Source of the DNA: the human T2T-CHM13v2.0 reference genome, Homo sapiens
NCBI RefSeq assembly: GCF_009914755.1
Contig: NC_060928.1
Strand: one strand, 5' to 3'
Length of the DNA stretch: 64,000 nucleotides
Below the pieces are notes generated by a model, which did not search any database, was not told the DNA's origin, and saw only the letters and a list, made by a program, of their open reading frames with translations. Shown here piece by piece: positions 57,651-64,000 of the stretch (position 1 is the first letter of the stretch; the number at the start of each line of letters is the position of its first letter). The position numbers and the translations under genes were made by a program.

Positions 57651-59177
57651 TCATAATTTTTTTTTTGAAGTTCCACAATAAAAAAAATCCTTGCCAACAT
57701 TATTATTAAGTTTTTCAAATATTTTAACAAGTAGATCATGAATTCTGAACCATATTTTTATACCAATATAAACGAACTAAAATAAGACAAGATTATTAAA
57801 ATAAAAGACAATTGCATGGCAATATCATTCATGAATACAGATATAAAAATACTTCACAAAATATGAGCAAAACAAGCCTAGCTACAAAAAAAATAGATAA
57901 TATATCATGATCAACTTAGGCTAATTCCTGCAATGAAATGTTGGTTAACATCTGAAAATCAATCAACACAATCCTACATTGTTTCATTTATTCTAAAGGA
58001 AGAAAGCAATATAATTACCACCAGGAATCAGGTGCATACATCCACCAACTATTCATGATGAGAATTCATAGCAAATGAGAAATAGGAGTTATCTTAGGTA
58101 AGTACCCTAGAAAAAACAAGAATCTCTAAGACTTGTTTCTAATACATAATTCATATGCATATGCTTTATTGAAAACCTGTTCTTCCAGGAAATACTATAA
58201 AGGAGAGAACAAAAGCTGGGGAAAGGACAGAGCAAAGATGAGTTTTCTGTCAAAGATTAGCTTTATTGTCATTCATAGGTAGCATCTAGAATATAAACAG
58301 CCAAATTATTTTTCTCTCTTGAAACAAGATAGCTGGGCTTCGAATCTTTATATCATTGAGTTTTCTGCTATCAAATGGAGTATAACCTTGCATATTTCTG
58401 TATGCAAGCAACCTTCCCTTAGCCAAATGCAATGTTCTGGAGAAGATCTCAGGATTTAGCTATTAGCCACGACACTCGCAGCAGCAAAAATAATATTTGG
58501 ACCATGAACTAAGCATTCATTCTTGTAAGAAAACATCTTTAATGTGATAAAGTTTATCTACAAAAAAAATCCCTCAGCAAATAACATATTTAGTTGGCAA
58601 ATATTTTAAGTTTCACTTTGGGATCAACAATACACCTATCATCATATACTCTATATTGTATAAGAATTCTAAGCCGGTTAAATAAGAAAATAAAAAATTT
58701 TCTTTTTATTTTTGTTTAAGTTGTAGATTTGTATAAAGTTGGGTATATGTTTGTTACAGCTGGTTAATATATATTATTTTTCTAAATCATATTTCAGAGG
58801 AACTGTATCCTAAAGTAATATCATTGTATAAATTACTATCAAATCATGTAATGATAACTTAAAATCAACAGACAAATATGACTTCTGACAATTTATAATA
58901 AGAAAATGAAAGTTCCTCATTAATTAAAAAATATATTATATATATACATACACACATATGCACAGATATTAGTGTTGTGTGTATGTGTATTTGTGTTTTT
59001 TCTCCAAATTTTAAATCCTGATAAAAAAGAAAAAATACAAACTGAAATCAATTATATCTAGTATTTATTATGGACCAATTTATGCAATAAATAGAAGTAT
59101 CATGTTTCCTATAATTTGCTTTTTAATGGTTTTATTAAATTTTACAAATATGTCACAGAATGTTTTTATTGTAATTT

Positions 59178-59497
59178 ATTATTTATTTACTTACTTTTTT
59201 TTTTTTTGAGACAGAGTTTCGCTCTTGTTGCCCAGGCTGGAGTACAATGGCACGATCTCGGCTCACCAAACCTCCACCTCCTGGGTTCAAGCAATTCTCC
59301 TGCCTCAGCCTCCCAAGTAGCTGGGATTACAGGCATGTGCCACCATGCCTGGCTAATTTTTTTTTTTTTTGTATTTTTAGTAGAGATGGAGTTTCTCCAT
59401 GTTGGTCAGGCTGATCTCGAAATCCTGACCTCAGGTAATCCCCCAGCCTTGGCCTCCCAAAGTGCTGGGATTACAGGTGTTAGCTACCACGCCGGCC
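59178..59497 (-). mobile_element. AluSp-like
   Basis: gagtttcgctcttgttgccc and tttctccatgttggtcaggctg diagnostics. TSD tttta(t/c)tgtaattt at 59164-59177 and 59498-59511. Confidence 0.93.
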
Positions 59498-60076
59498 TTT
59501 TACTGTAATTTTTTAAATCTAAGGAAATTAGAGAAAGAAGCACTTTTCATTCAAATTCATACTGAAATATATCGTTTTTTTACATTTAAGCTTTCTTGTT
59601 AAAACATGCTTTGCACATATAATACTAAACTGAACCACCAGATTGAAATGAATATTGGATTTAGCATAGATTTATATTTAAAGTTTTTTATAAACTAAGC
59701 TTAAGGGAATTCTGGAAACATTTGATTATATTTCATGTAATATCTGAACTTTCTTAGATAACTGAAAAATGATAAAGTAGAAAGCTGTGTTACAGAACAT
59801 ATTCAAATAAGACAATATTTGGCTAAATAAAATTGCAGACTTCTTTTTCTAGTCATAATATATGTATTCACACATATATACGCATGCATATATGTATCTG
59901 TGTATGTATGTATAGCTGCATATCAACACATAAATGTATACATACACACACATAAGGGGGAGATGGTTCAATTTTGCTACCACTTATTTTTTCTCAAAAT
60001 TTACTAACAAAACATAATACAAATAATACATTTAGAAAATTTAAGCACAAAAATATTGAAAGATACAATTGACAGC

Positions 60077-60651
60077 AATTTTAGTTGTTCATTGCTGCTG
60101 TAACAAATTAGCACAAGCAGTGATTTTTAAACAACATATTTTATTATTTTACAATTCTGACATAAGTCATTTGAGAGGGCTAAAATCAAGGTGTCAGCTG
60201 GCCCAGTCCTTCAGAAGGCTTTATGGTCTAATTTATTTCCTTGCCTTTTCCAGATTATAGATGCTACCTGCATTCCCTGGCTCAAGTCCTCTTTTTCCAA
60301 CTGCAAATCTAGATACATAACATCTTTTCTTTTTTCTGACTTCTGCCTCTGCCCTTCTCTCCTTCTCTCTCTCTCTCTCTCTTTCTCTCGCTCATCCCTC
60401 TCTTTGCCTCACTTCTCTGCTTCCATAATCAAATCACCTGTCATGTATGTGATCCTCCTACATATGTCTTATAAAGATCTTTGTGATTGCATTGGTCCCC
60501 GCTAGATAACCAAGGATACTACCCCCATCTCAAAATCCTTCACTTAACCACATCTTCAAAGCCTTTTTGCAATGTGTGGCAATGTATTTACAAGTTATTG
60601 GGATTAGGACATAAACATTTTTGTGGGGAGGCTGTTATTCAGTCTGCCATA
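60077..60651 (-). mobile_element. MLT1 LTR (MLT1D/E-like)
   Basis: attgctgctgtaacaaattagcacaag...ctaaaatcaaggtgtcagc...cccccatctcaaaatccttcacttaaccacatct...ggattaggacataaacatttttg. Confidence 0.8.
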
Positions 60652-60944
60652 GCTACATGACAGCTATTTCTAAGAAAATAATAGTCATGCCAAATAGAAA
60701 ATTAACTGTCAGTCCTATGGGGGAAAAAAAAACTTTCAAATGATTTTGCAAGAATTAAATGAAGTTCCTAAAAATGACATATTTCTTACACAAAACCTTA
60801 ATGCTAACCTGATGTCAATCTACTTAGAAAGATAGAAGCCTTTATAATAGTATTTCTATACGTAAGCTAAATTACTAAAATAAATCGAAAATTAAGACAT
60901 GAAATTAATTAAACTTACTGGTGGAAAGTAAAATAAGTGAAACA

Positions 60945-61154
60945 TCTATAGAACCAAAGCAAGCTCAATAAAAATTTAAGTTGTTTTGTGGATATTAACA
61001 AAGTAGTTCCAAAATTTATACGTAAAGACAAAAAAACTCAGCCAAAAATAACATTAAAAGAAAATGACATCAGAAGACTGAGACTACTCAACTTTAAAAC
61101 TTACTATAAAGCAACAGTAATCAAAACAGTGTGGTATTGGCAAAATAACAGATA
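60945..61154 (+). mobile_element. Old L1 ORF2 fragment (3' half)
   Basis: actttaaaacttactataaagcaacagtaatcaaaacagtgtggtattggc encodes FKTYYKATVIKTVWYW. Confidence 0.8.
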
Positions 61155-61213
61155 AATAATTAAAAAGAACCAAGTAGAAATTCTGGAGTTGAAAAACACA
61201 ATTGACAGAGTAA

Positions 61214-61527
<314 letters not shown>

Positions 61528-62307
61528 CATCAGAGTCTCTTAATAGTAGAATTGATCAAGCAGAAGAGAGAATTAGTGAGCTTGAAGACTCACTGTTTAT
61601 TTATTTTTTTTCAAATAGCCTAAAGACCATAATGACATTGAATATAAATGTACTAGACATTCCAATCAAAAGATGTTGAGCGGCAGAAGACAGGCTGTTT
61701 GAAAATAAATGGTTAGAGGACACAAAATAGAAAAGACTAAAAAAGAATGAACCATGCCTACAGGGTCTAGAAAACAGCCTCAAAGGGCAAATCTGAGAGT
61801 TGTTAGCTTTAAAGAAGAAGTAGAGAAAAAGATAAGGGTAGAAAATTTATTCAAAGGAATAATGACAAAGAACTTCCCAAGCCTAGATAAATATATCAAT
61901 ATCCAAGTACAAAAAGGTTACAGAAAACAAAGCAGATTTAATCCAAAGAAGATTGCCTCAAGGCATTTAATAATCAAACTCCCAAAGGTCAAGGTTAAGG
62001 AAAGGATCCTAAAAGCAGCAAGAGAAAAGAAAAAAATAATATACAATGGATGTCCAATACATGTGGCAGCAAATTTTTCAGTGAAAACTTTACAGGTCAG
62101 GAGAGAGTGTCAAAACATATTTAATGTGCTCAATGAAAAAAAACCTTTTAACCTAGAAGAGTATACCTGGTTAAAATATTCCTCAAACATGAAGGGGAAA
62201 TAAAGACTTTCCCAGACAAAAAAAAAGCTGTGGGATTACATCAACACCAGACCTGTTCTACAAGAAATGCTAAAGAGAGCACTACAATCAGAAAGAACGG
62301 TTTATTA

Positions 62308-62653
<346 letters not shown>

Positions 62654-64000
62654 CGCATTATGTGAAGGTATAAAACTCACTGGAAATCAAGTTTGCAGAA
62701 AAACACAGATTATTATAACACTATAATGGTGGTATGTAAACTACTTTTAGCCTAGGTAGAAAGACTAAAAGATGAACCAATCAAAAGTAGTAACTGCAAC
62801 TTTTCAAGACATAGACAGTACAATAAGATATAAATAGAAATAACAAAATGCTAAAAAGCAGGAGGATGAAGTTAAAGTATACAGTTGGTATTAGCTTTCT
62901 ATTTGCTAGTCAGTTTGTTTATGCAAGCAGTGTTAAGTTGTTAACAGCTTAAAATAATGGGTTATAAGATAGCATTTGCAAGCTCCATGGTAACCTCAAA
63001 TCAAAAAACATACAACATATACACAAAAAATATAAAGCAGGAAATTAAATCATACCACTGGATAAAATCACCTTTACTAAAAGGAAGACAGGAAGAAAGG
63101 AAATAAGTAAGAGAAGACCACAAAATTACCAGAAAACAAATAACAAAGTGGCAGGAGTGAGTTCTTACTTATCAATAATAACATTAAATGTAAATTGACT
63201 AAATGCTTCAATCAAAAGACGTAGAGTGGCCGAATAGGTAAGGCAAGATCTAATGATCTGTTGCCTACAAGAAACATACTTCACCTATGAAGAAACACAT
63301 AGATTAAAAATAAAGGAATGGAAAAAGATATTCCTATTTCGTGCCAATGAAAACCAAAAAAGAGCCAAAGTAGCTATACTTAAATCAGACAAAACAGATT
63401 TCAAGCCAAAAACTGTAGGATAAACAAGGAAAGTCATTATATAATGATAAAGGGATCAATTCAGCAAGATAATATAACAATTTTAATTATATATGCACCC
63501 AACATTGGAGAGCCCAGATAGCAAAGTAAATATTATTACAGCTAAATAAAGGTATAAACCCCAATGCAATAATAGCTGGAGACTTCAATACCCAACTTTT
63601 AGCATTGGATAGATCTTCCAGAGAGAAAATCAACAAAGAAACATCTGACTTAATCTGCACCATAGACCAAATGGACCTAGTGAATATTTACAGAATATTT
63701 CATCCAATGGCTGTAGAATGTGCATTCTTCTCCTTAGAGAAGAATGGATCATTCACAAGGATAGACCATATGTTAGGTCACCAAATAAGTCTCAAAATAT
63801 TCAAAATACTGAATACTCTCAAGCATCTTCTCTCACCACAATGGAATAGAACTAGAAATCAACAACCAAGATGAATTTTGGAAACTATACAACACATAAA
63901 AATTAAAAAATATGCCGCTGAATGACCAGTGAGTCAATGAAAAAATTAATAAAACTAAAAAAATTTCTTGAAACAAATGATAATGGAAACCTGATATATG

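Larger units (their letters stand above)
55120..58700 (+). mobile_element. Old L1 (L1ME-like) ORF2 fragments hosting Alus and LTRs
   Basis: caacacaattaacaaatttgacttaactgacatag; caatatcattcatgaatacagatataaaaatac; catgatcaacttaggctaattcctgcaatg. Confidence 0.65.

Noticed and set aside
58085-58510. Possible old ERVL/MaLR LTR interrupting the L1
   Set aside because: Only vague similarity; boundaries are unsupported.
61754-62203. 149-aa ORF
   Set aside because: L1 ORF1p fragment flanked by frameshifts, stops and Alu insertions; not an active L1.

Overview
AT-rich, CpG-poor primate genomic DNA (AluY copies indicate a catarrhine, probably human). It looks intergenic or intronic, and I found no intact protein-coding gene, tRNA or CRISPR array. 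The window is mostly transposable-element fossils: MaLR (MST/THE1/MLT1), ERV1 (MER4, MER51, and a MER67-like provirus with a decayed tRNA-His primer site), ERVL MLT2, L1, L2, MIR, about 14 Alus, and Tigger/MER2/Charlie DNA transposons. Recognisable pseudogenes are an internally deleted MER75/PGBD4-type piggyBac (2948-3822), a processed GAPDH pseudogene (minus strand, ~11508-12755) and a 5S rRNA pseudogene (15009-15115). The most notable structures are a probable L1 3' transduction, a clean inversion inside a THE1 provirus, a templated insertion inside an L1, a tail-to-tail MST/THE1 palindrome, several local duplications of unique DNA, and splice-site-bounded candidate exons of a + strand, probably non-coding, transcript. 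Family and subfamily names come from my recall of consensus sequences, not from a database search. I see no convincing evidence of a new biological system.
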